A stretch of DNA of 57,897 bases, filler included, from Asterionella formosa (GCA_002256025.1; 8 parts of 8 records of this genome joined end to end with filler, not necessarily neighbours in it); one strand, 5' to 3'. Positions 10,101 through 22,131 are shown, counted from the whole stretch's first letter. The notes: generated by a model from the sequence alone, not told the origin. A program made the numbers and translations.

Positions 10101-13100
10101 CCCAGTATATCACTTAATACCTGTTACTGGTGCTCTGTATATATATATGATATATTGTTATTGTCATACCGGTATGATGTACCGGTACACATGAAAAGCT
10201 CCCAACCAAAAAAGGGGCTTAGAAAATTTGCTACCAAAACCCTGGAGGCAATTGAACGGTCTAAATAATTAGTTTCAACGGACGTAGAAAATATCGATGC
10301 AAACAAATTTCAGAAACAATTCCGGTACATGTACCGGTAGTCGTGGAAAACAATGGACATATAGTGCATTGAGTATTTTCGAATTATGTATATGCGAGTA
10401 TGATCATCTCAACCATATCAGATGTTCCATATCGAGAGCGCCTTTGAATTTTATAAATGTATAACACTTCATATATTTATATATATTTTTACAAATTTTA
10501 TTACTATATACATGGCATAAATACTTTTGAAATCGTTCTGTCATGTTAACAAACAATGCCTGCTGCTTCATGAAAAGATATGTCGTAGTAAAGCACATGG
10601 ACAAGAAAAGAAAGTTTTCGCAATCCATTACGAAAAACATTGTGACTTCGATACATTGCGCCTTCGAAGGATGGAGAATGTTTAAGGTAATATAATGAAG
10701 CCATCAATGTGGTACTTGGATGAAAATCGTTGGGAGACAGGCAGCACAACAACAAATTGTTAACTAAACGCAGCCACATTTCCTTTTTTCTCAGTTGATT
10801 CAACAGCTCGTTTCGCTTGTTGGGGAGCACCAATGTAAAACCAAACCAAATTGCGTAAGTGCTCTTGTCGCTCGTTGGACCTATTCACTTCTGTTGGAAC
10901 AAAACTAACAAAACGTTTATATTCTCTCAAAGTTAAGATGATAAAAATGAACCGGTAAGTTTTATTCGACAACATTGGATACCCGAAACTTACTTATTCA
11001 AGAATTTACTGACAAGTTACTATTACAGACTTATGCATCAGTTGCATTGATTTGTGGTAAGTGAAGCAAGAGGATATGATGGAATTGCGCATTCTTGTGT
11101 CAATGTAACATGACTAGCTAACAAACCATTCCTTCTCATTGTAACTGTAGTAACTGCATGCATAGGACAATAAAAACAATCAAACAACGGAATAGTCGGC
11201 AAGTTCAGAATGACACTTACAGCAGGGAACGAGACGCAGCATCAGTAAGGCACTGCCTCGCACACAATTCAGATGAGAGGAAGAAAGAGCAAGAAAGGAA
11301 TATACATTGAGCCGAGTAGAGAGAGAAACGTTGGGTCGCTGGCATGTAGATTAATAGATAGCATCGCTTAACTTGATAGTTAAATTACGATCCATTTCAA
11401 TCTATTTTGAACAATGCTTGTGATTAGAATTATGATCATGTTTACGATAGATATACGATGAAACAATTCGCATGATAGCATAGTTGAGCTGGTTTTAGGA
11501 TACGTAGTAGTTATAATTTACATCGGGCGATCACGAGAAGTGAAAATAATATGAGAAGGTTTATGATATTTATGGGAAATGTTGTTGATCAGTTTATACA
11601 CATTGTGTGTTGATAATGTTCTTATTATCATCATACTTCAAGGTCGGTAACATATTAATAAATCATCATAGATACAAGATACCTTGATCATATTTTTGAT
11701 CCAAAAATTATCATATATACGAAAATCCTGTGCCACTTAGCGTACGATACCCTTGATCATATTTTCATGATATTTTTTATTTACAGACGTGCTTGTACTA
11801 GGGGGCTAACCCACTTTTCCTTGCACTCACAGCAAGGCCATGCGGGACAGTAAAGAGTTCATTAAATCCAAGTCTTCTTCTGATCATCTAAATTGTGTTC
11901 AACTACTTCTGCATGTGATAGTATTCAGGAACTGGAAGACGGTTTTGTTATAGAGTTCACAAATCGCTCAGCATGTTCTATTTGTATTCAGCAAATTCAA
12001 TTCGCAGTCAGCAAATTCTAGTCCTTGTAAGCAAGTGGACATCATGATAGAAGTGGTTGATGAAACTGAACTTACCGGGATCAAACAGCTGATTATTGTC
12101 CTGATCTGGATGGTTCAACTGCAATCTATTGATGAAGTGGAACATATCATTTAAAGCATCGCTAAATGTTAGTGAGCAAAGATTTGAAGGCATTGAAATG
12201 AGGTTACATCACTACAATATCATTTGAATTGGTGCAATGGAAAAGTGAAGTGACAGGGAGTCCAAGCTTCTTCCCCAGTGTGTAATAAGTTCAATGCTGA
12301 TGGTAGGGTATCAACTTGACAACAGCTAAAATATTTGTGGCTAATATTTTTTATTCCTCTCCCACTCTTATTTTTCCTGGATAGTGCCTGGTAGAATGAA
12401 GTACTGTATAATTCAGTGTCCTGGCCCCCAATGTACACTGCCACGACTGAATTTGACTGATTTTACTAATAGAGAGGGGGGCAGGAAAATGAAGAGATTT
12501 CTTTTATAATTGATGCAGGATCCCCCAGCTGATCACAACCACCCTGCGCACTCTAGTGTTTCATGTGTACAAAGTAGTCGCAAAATCATAGCTAAATAGT
12601 TATGTACCAGTGCCTACGAGAAAAAACAGAATTATGGCAAGGTACTCTATCAGATAACGGGTCCCAATATTACAATACCTTTTTTTTATCTCCTTTCCTG
12701 CAATGCATTATCACTACTTTGTGTACCAGTAGTATAGTAGGCACAGGTGGGTGTGATCCGCCTGAGGTACAATTCATTCTCGTGTGTACGTTTTGTACTG
12801 ACCATTCTTTCGGTTTCGGTTTGACCTACATAAAATTCAGGGTGTGAAGAAGAAGTTAAAAATCAAAACGACTGCGAACAACCCCATTCGCATCCTCGCT
12901 TGATTGCTATCATGAAACGGTATAAAAAAAGGTACCGGTAGCTAAGAATTTAGGATTCTTTTTACCATAATTTTCTGTTGCCCTTCCAGTCTCGAAATGA
13001 TGGTTGCATGTCTGACGACGCTACCAGTACTATACTAACTTAGTTACGGGACCTGGTGCCAGGTAGAGCGAATGATCAATGATCTTTGTATTTTATAACA

Positions 13101-13125
13101 ATGTTGAAAACGGGAACAACTTTTA

Positions 13126-14423
13126 GGGTCGTTCTTATCATTTTTTTTCGTGTATCACGGAATTTGAATTTTTTTGAAAATGTATCAGCAACGGTAACTC
13201 GATTTGAACTGAATTTCATTCATTCCAAAAGTGTCACTGTATCACTAATTTGTGATCACATTGTATCATGGAGTAAAATGAATCTTCAACGGCAACAGGC
13301 TGGCGAAGATCATGTGTATATCCCTCCAGAATATAATGATGGTCTTGATATCAAGCAACAACAAAATATAATTACCGGGAAACTAAATATAATATTAAAA
13401 ACACACATTTGCATGAATCATGTCGTCGCCATTTGATTTACTTGATGATAATGACGATGACAGTAGTGATCTTGATTTCTTCTTCCTCTGTCATTTAACT
13501 AAGGAAGCAGAGGAAAAAGAACACTCATCCAAACGACAAAGGCGACGCTGTAAACGGCAGCTTCAGTCATCTGAACGACGACGACAACGAAGGCACAAGT
13601 GGCACCACGAAAGAATCTCCTGGCAATCACATGTCGAGAAACTCAATCACGAGATTGCTTTCGAGAAGACATACAGAATGTCACACAGAGCATTCAAAAA
13701 ACTCACCTCCATGCTGGAAATTCAGATTGCAGGGAATTATTCCAAATGTGGCACTTCTGAGCCCATAATTCCCGAAATTGTGGTAGCCATTGGTTTGCGA
13801 TGGCTGGCTGGTGGCAGTTACATCGACATTCGTCATGCCTACGGTTGTAGCATTGCTTCACTTTATCGATGTCGTGATTTGTTCATTGATGCTGTACTAA
13901 ACTGTGAAGAACTCGAAATTATTTTTCCAAAAGAAAAAGAAGAATTTATCAAATTGGCTTCCAGCTTTGAATGCAAAAGCTCAGAGGGCGTGATGAGAGG
14001 ATGTGTTGGTGCTATTGACGGCTTCCTTGCCACCATCAACCGCCCGACTATAGTTGAAAGTGGCAACAACCCTGGTTCATTTTTTTCCGGTCACTACATG
14101 ACTTATGGAATCAATGTCCAGGCTGTTTGTGATGCTGACTCAAGATTTATTTATTTTGGTGTAATTGCACCGGGAAAATGCAGTGACCAAGTAGCTTTTG
14201 AAAAAACTTCCATTTTCGATCAAGTTGCAGCATTCAACACAGGTTTTTATCTGGTCGGCGATGCAGCTTACACATTGTCTGATGTAATGCTTGTTCCCTT
14301 TGTTGGCTCACAACGTGATGATCCAACACAGGATACATTTAACTTTTTCCTTTCACAGCTAAGGATAAGAATAGAAATGGCATTTGGTCTTCTTCAGACA
14401 AAATGGTGTGTTCTGAAAAAAAA
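13126..14423 (+). mobile_element. PIF/Harbinger DNA transposon, copy 1 (left end + transposase; truncated by the scaffold end)
   Basis: Starts TTA|GGGTCGTTCTTATCATTTTTTTTCGTG, where homology to copy 2 (45794) begins. TTA target and GGG terminus are typical of PIF/Harbinger. Confidence 0.85.
13420..14423 (+). CDS. Harbinger DDE transposase (DDE_Tnp_4 / HARBI1-like), 3' partial
   Basis: YRMS..F..L, LRWLAGGSY, GCVGAIDG, GINVQAVCDAD, SD, YLVGDAAY and FNFFLSQLRIRIEMAFGLLQTKW. Frame is open to the contig end. Confidence 0.92.
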
Positions 14424-14627
14424 NNNNNNNNNNNNNNNNNNNNNNNNNNNNNNNNNNNNNNNNNNNNTTAATTAATTAANNNNNNNNNNNNNNNNNNNNN
14501 NNNNNNNNNNNNNNNNNNNNNNNTTTTTACGGAATGAACATATTGTGACGATAACGTACATTCAAAACGAATCTTTCAATAGCATAAGCAACTATTCGTA
14601 ACAGACTGTATTCGTTATTTCCTTGTG

Positions 14628-15542
14628 TCATCTCATTGGGACCCATTCCGGAGGATAATAGTCTTGCAATAAGATCTGCCCGGCGTTGGTTAGATGATCC
14701 ATCACAATGGCATCCTCGTAATAAACAACGTCTCCCCCCGCAAACTTGCCAGCGAACCACCCAAATGTGCCCACACTCATAATAATATGATTGCATAAAC
14801 TCAGAATAGCTAGATCTACCGCTGGCGTCGAGTGCACCATGGCAGCAGAATCGAATACTCCTTGGTCCTGACACCAGGGAATATCATCCGATGCTACGAC
14901 AAATTTTACCGTTTTGTCGTATTTATGACTAAAGAAATCCATGGCTCTCGCAAAGTAGGATACTGGAGCTTGGTTGAGGTAATTTGTAATTTCTAAATCT
15001 CCACGTCGGACGTGAATGCCGACCAAGATCGAGCCTGGGTGGGGTCGAATTTGTTGAATGGCAGTGGCGGCTTCTTGTTGAATGGCCGGTAGGAACTGAA
15101 ATGTGTGTCGCACATCTTGGTCCAAGTACTTGAAAGATTGTAAGTAAGTGCCGACCGTGACATAACAAGGGGGGAAGAAGCAAATGGGAAGTCGAAAGTC
15201 GGTGTAGATACCGTAGCCTAATTCGTGCACAACAGCAATCTGTGGCAATTGTTGGGTACATTTTGGAAAGGGACCTTGGAATATCGCGTCGAATGGGAAG
15301 GGATGCTCAGCAGACACGCAAAATTCCACACCCTTTGCATGACTAATACCCAGAGCTGATGCGTATTGAAATAGTTGGTTACCAAGTCGACCAGGACCGG
15401 ATTGTGCCACAATGACAATCTTGGGGCGGCTCCACAATCGACGGCCAACGATACTAGCAAAGGCATACAAGGCGAGGCCCAGGAGGGGAAAGGCGACCCA
15501 AGAAATGCGCTTTTCTGTTCGGTATTTCGGAGTAAACTTCAT
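14628..15542 (-). CDS. Alpha-1,2-fucosyltransferase-like glycosyltransferase (GT11), type II membrane protein
   Basis: N-terminal TM segment; GRLGNQLFQYA, VGIHVRRGD, FVVASDDIPWC and DLAILSLCNHIIMSVGTFGWF motifs. Confidence 0.9.
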   Translation of the reverse strand: MKFTPKYRTEKRISWVAFPLLGLALYAFASIVGRRLWSRPKIVIVAQSGPGRLGNQLFQYASALGISHAKGVEFCVSAEHPFPFDAIFQGPFPKCTQQLPQIAVVHELGYGIYTDFRLPICFFPPCYVTVGTYLQSFKYLDQDVRHTFQFLPAIQQEAATAIQQIRPHPGSILVGIHVRRGDLEITNYLNQAPVSYFARAMDFFSHKYDKTVKFVVASDDIPWCQDQGVFDSAAMVHSTPAVDLAILSLCNHIIMSVGTFGWFAGKFAGGDVVYYEDAIVMDHLTNAGQILLQDYYPPEWVPMR

Positions 15543-15657
15543 CTCATGCGTGGCAATCAGCGAAGCATAGAGTCATCCCTTTGTGCAGCATGGTCCAAAA
15601 GACCATTTAGAGGTAACAATGGTAACTGATGGGTAATAGATAATGGCAATCCAAATT

Positions 15658-16390
15658 NNNNNNNNNNNNNNNNNNNNNNNNNNNNNNNNNNNNNNNNNNN
15701 NNNNNNNNNNNNNNNNNNNNNNNNNNNNNNNNNNNNNNNNNNNNNNNNNNNNNNNNNNNNNNNNNNNNNNNNNNNNNNNNNNNNNNNNNNNNNNNNNNNN
15801 NNNNNNNNNNNNNNNNNNNNNNNNNNNNNNNNNNNNNNNNNNNNNNNNNNNNNNNNNNNNNNNNNNNNNNNNNNNNNNNNNNNNNNNNNNNNNNNNNNNN
15901 NNNNNNNNNNNNNNNNNNNNNNNNNNNNNNNNNNNNNNNNNNNNNNNNNNNNNNNNNNNNNNNNNNNNNNNNNNNNNNNNNNNNNNNNNNNNNNNNNNNN
16001 NNNNNNNNNNNNNNNNNNNNNNNNNNNNNNNNNNNNNNNNNNNNNNNNNNNNNNNNNNNNNNNNNNNNNNNNNNNNNNNNNNNNNNNNNNNNNNNNNNNN
16101 NNNNNNNNNNNNNNNNNNNNNNNNNNNNNNNNNNNNNNNNNNNNNNNNNNNNNNNNNNNNNNNNNNNNNNNNNNNNNNNNNNNNNNNNNNNNNNNNNNNN
16201 NNNNNNNNNNNNNNNNNNNNNNNNNNNNNNNNNNNNNNNNNNNNNNNNNNNNNNNNNNNNNNNNNNNNNNNNNNNNNNNNNNNNNNNNNNNNNNNNNNNN
16301 NNNNNNNNNNNNNNNNNNNNNNNNNNNNNNNNNNNNNNNNNNNNNNNNNNNNNNNNNNNNNNNNNNNNNNNNNNNNNNNNNNNNNNNNNN
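15658..16390. other. Assembly gap (N run)
   Basis: Continuous Ns; ORFs crossing it are artefacts. Confidence 0.99.
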
Positions 16391-16645
16391 CAGTATACAT
16401 GGAGACAAATAATAAAGCAAGGAACAAAGAGCCACAGCAAAACTTTTCACTTTGCTTTCCGCATCGTCTGCCACCATTGTTTATTACTATTTCCCTCGGC
16501 GGTGTGCATGTACTGAAACGAATATATCATGTTGCAAAGACCTACCACCTGTCACCAGTCGGCATCCAGTTTACGTTAGTGCTTGAACGAGCGTCTCTCT
16601 CTCTCTCGAGGGCCTCTACATATAAAGACGAGACTACACATTATC

Positions 16646-17698
16646 ATGAGCTTCTGGAAGACAAGACTGACCAAGGCATTTCCCTGTCGCTTGCCAATCG
16701 TAGGAGCTCCCATGGCCAATGTCAGTGGAGGGTTGTTGGCTGCGGAAACGTGTCGAGCGGGAGCGCTTGGATTTCTCGCAGCAGGTCATTTAGCTTCCCT
16801 AGAAGAATTGAATAGAGAAATTTTTACGCATCGAACCCACTTTCCGGATGGCCCTTTGTGCATTGGCTTTATTGGACATTCGTCCATGAAAGATGCAGCA
16901 GCTTGGGAGCGTCTGGAGCGAGTGTTTGAATCACATCAACCGGATGTGGTCCAGTTCTTTGCCCCTTCCGTCATGATACAAGAATCTACAATGAAAACCA
17001 ATGTCGAATTGGCTCATTCCTACGGAACCAAAGTCATGGCGCAAGTGGGCAGCGTCTCCGAAGCGAGACATGCATTGTCAGCCGGAGTTGACGCCATTAT
17101 CGCACAGGGAACGGAATCTGGTGGTCACGGGCTGCGTCGAACATTGGGAAATGGAACGTTGGCGTTGTCGGCACGAATTGTTTCTATATCTGGAACGACA
17201 CCAGTTCTTGCTGCAGGTGGAATTGTCGACGGTCGAGGATTGGTAGCGGCATTGGCTCTGGGGTGTGATGGAGTCGTTTTGGGGACTCGGTTGTGGGCAT
17301 CCAAAGAATCATTGGGCCATTTTTCATTCAAAGATTGTTTAATAGCCGCAGATAGTGGTGATGAAGTCATTCGTAGTACTTGTATCGATCAGATATTCAA
17401 TCGATATTCTCCCACGCCATGGCCAATGCCGTATGATTCAGTTGGAATGCTGCGAAACCAAACATCTCTTCGATGGGATGGCAAGGCTGCAGACCTTGCA
17501 GCAGCAATGGACGAAGATGATCGTCTTGCTGCAGAATATAGATCAGCAGTTATTGATGGTGACTCCAACATTGCTGCCGTGCTCTGTGGGGAAGGTGTTG
17601 GCGATATACAAGAAATCGAGCACGTAAAGGACATTATTGCGAAAATCGATCAAAATGCACGTGAGATTATTGCAGCTATGCCAAATTTGCTACAATAA
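16646..17698 (+). CDS. Nitronate monooxygenase / 2-nitropropane dioxygenase family (FMN TIM barrel)
   Basis: PIVGAPMA, AGALGFLAAG, QVGSVSEA, GVDAIIAQGTESGGHG, PVLAAGGIVDGRG and GVVLGTR motifs. First ATG at 16646. Confidence 0.92.
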   Translation: MSFWKTRLTKAFPCRLPIVGAPMANVSGGLLAAETCRAGALGFLAAGHLASLEELNREIFTHRTHFPDGPLCIGFIGHSSMKDAAAWERLERVFESHQPDVVQFFAPSVMIQESTMKTNVELAHSYGTKVMAQVGSVSEARHALSAGVDAIIAQGTESGGHGLRRTLGNGTLALSARIVSISGTTPVLAAGGIVDGRGLVAALALGCDGVVLGTRLWASKESLGHFSFKDCLIAADSGDEVIRSTCIDQIFNRYSPTPWPMPYDSVGMLRNQTSLRWDGKAADLAAAMDEDDRLAAEYRSAVIDGDSNIAAVLCGEGVGDIQEIEHVKDIIAKIDQNAREIIAAMPNLLQ

Positions 17699-17725
17699 CT
17701 ACTTTTTAACTGAGTAAAGTCTGCT

Positions 17726-18436
17726 TTAATGTATCTTTCTTGCCATGGAGATGCTGACTCTATTATTGCTTCCCTCCAGATCAAATTCCCATGACAACCC
17801 AGACTCAACGCCAACATGATGCAATAATTCCCTTGTTGAATCTGCGAGTTTGTACGACACCAATAGGTACGTTCCACCCAGTATCAATACCTTCCCTACG
17901 TTCTGGAATAGTCTGGATACAGGACCGTCCCACCCTTCTCCACACATGAGAGCATCTACGAGGCCTTTATCGACCATCGAGTCGAAGGAATGTAGGCCAA
18001 GATTAACTTCTAGTGCATCAGCACATACAAAAGTCATTCGCCCACACGTTGTTGCTCCATGCATTTTTCGTAGCTGATCTATACATGTCGGCGAGGAATC
18101 TAGGCAGGTAATGAAAAGGTGTCGCCTCATATTGTACAGGACTCGCGGAAGATTTGAATTGCCACATCCGACCACAAGGCAGTTGTTGGACTCTGGAGGG
18201 ACAAGTTCGGCAATTGTTTTTAGCTGAACTGACGAGTGCCATTCAATGACAGTGTCATCTCCTTGGTAGTGGTTTTCCCATCCTGTTGTGGACGAGAAAT
18301 CAAAATTCGTTCCAACGTTCAAAGCACTTCGAGTGCCACTTTGTATTACAGTTGAGGGACATTGAAATGCCGCCGTTGCGGACATCATCATACTGATAGC
18401 TAAGAACAGTATGTAATTGGAACTAGACATCCTCAT
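17726..18436 (-). CDS. Class I SAM-dependent methyltransferase (METTL13/EEF1AKMT4-like domain), probably plastid-targeted
   Basis: W..HY, EWH, LVVGCGNS, LDSS, ADA and DKGLVDAL motifs. Signal peptide ends ATAA-F (ASAF-like). Confidence 0.82.
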   Translation of the reverse strand: MRMSSSNYILFLAISMMMSATAAFQCPSTVIQSGTRSALNVGTNFDFSSTTGWENHYQGDDTVIEWHSSVQLKTIAELVPPESNNCLVVGCGNSNLPRVLYNMRRHLFITCLDSSPTCIDQLRKMHGATTCGRMTFVCADALEVNLGLHSFDSMVDKGLVDALMCGEGWDGPVSRLFQNVGKVLILGGTYLLVSYKLADSTRELLHHVGVESGLSWEFDLEGSNNRVSISMARKIH

Positions 18437-18988
18437 GTTTCGGCGGCGAACGTGTAGTGCTTATGTGATCTTGGATTTTTGGGAAACGAAAATGTAAATT
18501 ATTTTCTAGCGAGCGAGGATGATTGAGTTAGATGGGAGAGCAGATCGCGCGAGATGCTACCACCAGGGTACCAGGGACAGGTATCATGTCAGGACCAGGT
18601 AGTCTACCAGGTACCCTGTGAGTATCTGGTACGGCGTCCTTACCTCCAGGTAGTGACTGGTATACCGGTACTCCGTCCACGTGATGGTGGTAGCGGCTGC
18701 CACGATGGTGATCCATGGTCCGATTTCGATTACCGGTACTTCGGTAAAATCGCAACTGTTCTTTGTAATAGATCATACGTATATGTACCGGAATACCGCT
18801 ATGTATTTCCACATAAATAAATGCAGGTACAGGATATAATACTCTAGGTAAATCTATTATTCCACACTTTGCTTTGTTGCCACCACCGAATATATCACAA
18901 CATCACCCTGTACATAGGATAGCTGCAACACAACAAATACAAAAGTAGCATTAAAGATCACTAAGCCAGAGACGAGTAGCACATCGAG

Positions 18989-19588
18989 ATGTCTCATGTT
19001 CCTATGAGCACGCCATGGATGCCGAGACGACGGCGGTCTTTCCATCTTCGCCTCATATTGGTTGTGACTTCCTTGTCGCGCTCGAGTTGGGCGTTCCTTG
19101 CAAGAAGCACCATTCCTGCAACGTTCTATGGGCCATTACATACCAATCCGACCAACTACCAACGGATCATTAGTAGCAACGCGACACCAGATGATTCGGC
19201 ATCGACCCCTCAGCACCTGATAGACCTGCAAACCTTTTTGAAGCTCACAGATCTTGTCACGACGGGTGGTGAGGCAAAGCGTAAGATCCAAGAAGGGGGC
19301 TGCAAGGTCAATGGACTACAGGAAGAACGACGATCGAAGAAATTATTTCCTGGCGACGTTGTTGAACTCAATGGCGTCGTTTTGGACGTGCAAAAGGAGG
19401 TTGCGAGGCAGGGTTATATAATTAAGGTGAAGTTGCCCAAGGAACAGCGACCAGGGTATACGGCTCCAACGAAAGCAAAGGAGTATTCGGGAGAATTTAG
19501 GACTGAAGAGTGGAGGACAGAGAGAAAGGAGAAGAAGTATGCTCGCAAAAAGGAAAAACAAAATCGGGGCGAGGGTGTGGACGAGTAG
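18989..19588 (+). CDS. S4-domain RNA-binding protein (YaaA/YbcJ-like), probably plastid-targeted
   Basis: IDLQTFLKLTDLVTTGGEAKRKIQEGGCKVNG..EERRSKKLFPGDVVEL. Hydrophobic stretch ending SSWA-F; basic C-terminus. Confidence 0.85.
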   Translation: MSHVPMSTPWMPRRRRSFHLRLILVVTSLSRSSWAFLARSTIPATFYGPLHTNPTNYQRIISSNATPDDSASTPQHLIDLQTFLKLTDLVTTGGEAKRKIQEGGCKVNGLQEERRSKKLFPGDVVELNGVVLDVQKEVARQGYIIKVKLPKEQRPGYTAPTKAKEYSGEFRTEEWRTERKEKKYARKKEKQNRGEGVDE

Positions 19589-19708
19589 TCTATATATGCA
19601 AATGGGAAATATCGATTAAATTGCCATATTCCGATGTGATCCTACATTATGTCCTTTCACTTGCGGTACCTGAAACCTTTATTTTAATTTTTCTGCTTTA
19701 CTTATACG

Positions 19709-21169
19709 CTAGAATAGTGCAGCAAATAACAAGGCAGCAAGTATTCCCACCAAAGAAATCGACGACGCAGCAGAGACAGGGGCTGGAGTGGGGACTGCAA
19801 CAGGTTTAACATCCGTCATGACGACACATTCTGTGGCCATTGATTCCAGAGGCGCTGTAACATTTTCGCATTGGCCCAAAGCATCAATACTTTCCGTAAA
19901 AACATTACGGAACCAAACTCGAACGTGAATACCAGAACCCGTTCCAACAACATCACAAAAATCCTGCAAAACAACATCTGCATACCACAAAACAACCGAA
20001 TTCAATGAGACAACTGCAAAGGGGCGAATCTTAAACACTCAGACGAGAAAAATCGTTCACTTACCAGGTTGAGCCAAACGATTCTCGAACCAAGAATCGA
20101 TACCGCCATTCCTGAGGTTGTCAAAAACTCGTTGGTTCTGAACACTTGGAAGGGCAGCGAACTCGTTCTTGAAAGCTTTGTGAGCGATGTCCCAGTTGTC
20201 GCTCGGGTAGAACCAGTGATTAGCTCCCTTTGCGAACTCCACAAACTCGGTGATGTTCATGTAGACAAAGGGTGGTCCTCCATATGTGTTGTTGATAATG
20301 ATGGATCCTTCATGAGAATTGAGTAGTGTCGCACTGCAGGCATCGGCATAGTCACAGTAGTAGTTGGGGCATTCAGCAACGTCAAAACCATTCTCTCCAC
20401 TGTAATTGGAGTAATATGCCCAAACAGCAATTGGTTTGTTCTGGGAGTCGGTTGCCGAGGTAGCTTGAGCGTTTCCGATGACACAGTCGTATCGTGCTGC
20501 AACGTCACCGAACACTTGGTTTGCAATGGCTTCCAAGTTGAAAAATGCAGAGTAGAACTTGATCCATTCAAGAATTCCCAAGCTAGTCGTTTCACTACTC
20601 TCAGAAATACTAACATCGGAGAATAAAGTATCAGAATCGGAAAATGCGACAAGATCCTGACCTGATCCATTCAATGCAAGCAGAGCCAGGACTCCAGGAG
20701 AGCTGCTGTTACTGGGATCAGGAACTATCAAAAATTCGCCATCCGACAAAAGCTGTTTGACACACGATGACGAAATGTAGTCAGTCCCAAAAGCGTCTCC
20801 GAGCCATGCCTTCATCTGCGTTCTTGCTCCCAACAACTCAAGGAAAGGGATGGCAGTGGTGGAAGTAATCCCGCATCCACTTTGAAGTGGAACGGCAACC
20901 ATTGTGGTTGTCGTATCAGTTAGATTCAACGTAGGGGGCGCCGTTCCACATTGGTAAAGGACGTAATCGTACGCCTGAAGCTCATTGCGGAGAATTTTGT
21001 AGGTGGGGAAATACTGGATATCCCAATATTCAGAAATTGTGGCATTGACTTTGTGAGGAAAGAAATCGAAGTCAGCTGCGAAATCGGATGTGTTGATACA
21101 AACCAGAGGATTGTGCTGGCCAAATGCAACGGCGAGACTCGATAGGAATGAGACAAAGGTAAGCTTCAT
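19709..21169 (-). CDS. CBA1: Cobalamin acquisition protein CBA1-like periplasmic-binding-protein homologue; exons 21169-20065 and 19977-19709
   Basis: Signal peptide; DFFPHKV, YKILRN, YVLYQCGT, EWIKFYSAFFNLE, CPNYYC and WFENRLAQP|DVVLQD motifs. 87-nt GTAAGT...TGCAG intron. Hydrophobic C-terminus (GPI/TM-like). Confidence 0.82.
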
Positions 21170-21532
21170 GTTTAAAGTTGTTCGCTTTCGGTAAAGTAAG
21201 TGCCTTCGTTGACGCTATCTTATTTTGTTGTTTATAGGCAAATATCAACCGCAGGCAGTTCTGATCATTTCATTTTGTTGATTTGCGAATTTGTGTAGAA
21301 CGTGCTTCATTCAACATCGTCACTTTATATATATTCATATATCTATACAATTTGTCTACAAATTATACTAGGTAAACTTATAGGAGGAGTACTAAAAAAG
21401 AAGCAAGCAAACAGGATCCTCAGGGGAACCTTCAAACATCGTAGCATGTGGAAAATACAGTATACCGGGTGTACCGTTATTCTCAAAATTTAAGATGCGT
21501 GCACTGTATATACGCTTATAGGCATGTATTTA

Positions 21533-21613
21533 CCAGCAAGTTGAGGTAATTTTGCTGAAACTAAAGATTTAGATTAAAATGTTAGTTAAAGCAAAATGAC
21601 CGCAGCTTGCAGT
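21533..21613 (+). mobile_element. MITE family A, copy with internal deletion
   Basis: TA|CCAGCAAGTTGAGGTAATTTTGCT...AGCAAAATGACCGCAGCTTGC; homologous to 39023-39119. Confidence 0.8.
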
Positions 21614-21783
21614 GTTCTCGTCCCATCACCTCATGTACCCTTATGGTACCTGGTACTACTTACTTACTAACAGTTATACTTAANNNNNNNNNNNNNNNNN
21701 NNNNNNNNNNNNNNNNNNNNNNNNNNNTTAATTAATTAANNNNNNNNNNNNNNNNNNNNNNNNNNNNNNNNNNNNNNNNNNNN

Positions 21784-21883
21784 TTGGATTGGTGTTATTT
21801 GTAGAGTCCGCGGCGTGAACAGCAGATGGACAGTAGTTCACCGTCAACATAAAGAAAGCAGCAGAAAAGGAGAATCTCGCCAT
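21784..21883 (-). CDS. 5' end of a secreted protein, truncated by the scaffold start
   Basis: MARFSFSAAFFMLTVNYCPSAVHA-ADSTNNTNP is signal-peptide-like; the frame is open to the contig edge. Confidence 0.45.
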
Positions 21884-22131
21884 GTTGTTCTCAGTGTGTT
21901 TTGTTTTAAGGAGGGAATGTGAAATGGAATGAAGTTCGATTGTTACAGTGGCAACACGGACGTAGAACCAAGGGTCAACAAAATGGCTAGCATACCATAT
22001 CCTTTTATTTCGACTGGTGTGTACCGGTATGCCGGTAAGTACCTGGTACCCTGGTACAGTATTTGCAGTACTGCTCGTGTGAAAACCTAAGCTGGATAAG
22101 TTGAAACAGATACCGGTAGTCAAATGAATCT

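Noticed and set aside
10200..12600. Short minus-strand ORFs as genes
   Set aside because: Fragmented, with no recognisable domain; probably decayed repeat or pseudogene DNA that I cannot classify.
15557..16815. Long ORFs spanning the N gap (also 54567-56094)
   Set aside because: Made of X residues from assembly gaps.
14524..21683. Operon-like or bacterial contaminant scaffold (GT11, NMO, S4 protein, binding protein)
   Set aside because: Mixed orientations, a spliceosomal intron in CBA1, algal targeting peptides and the same intergenic motifs as the other scaffolds.
19709..21883. Tandem CBA1 paralogues (the fragment at 21784-21883 ends in NP like the CBA1 N-terminus)
   Set aside because: The two are on different scaffolds separated by a spacer, and 33 residues are too few to assign homology.
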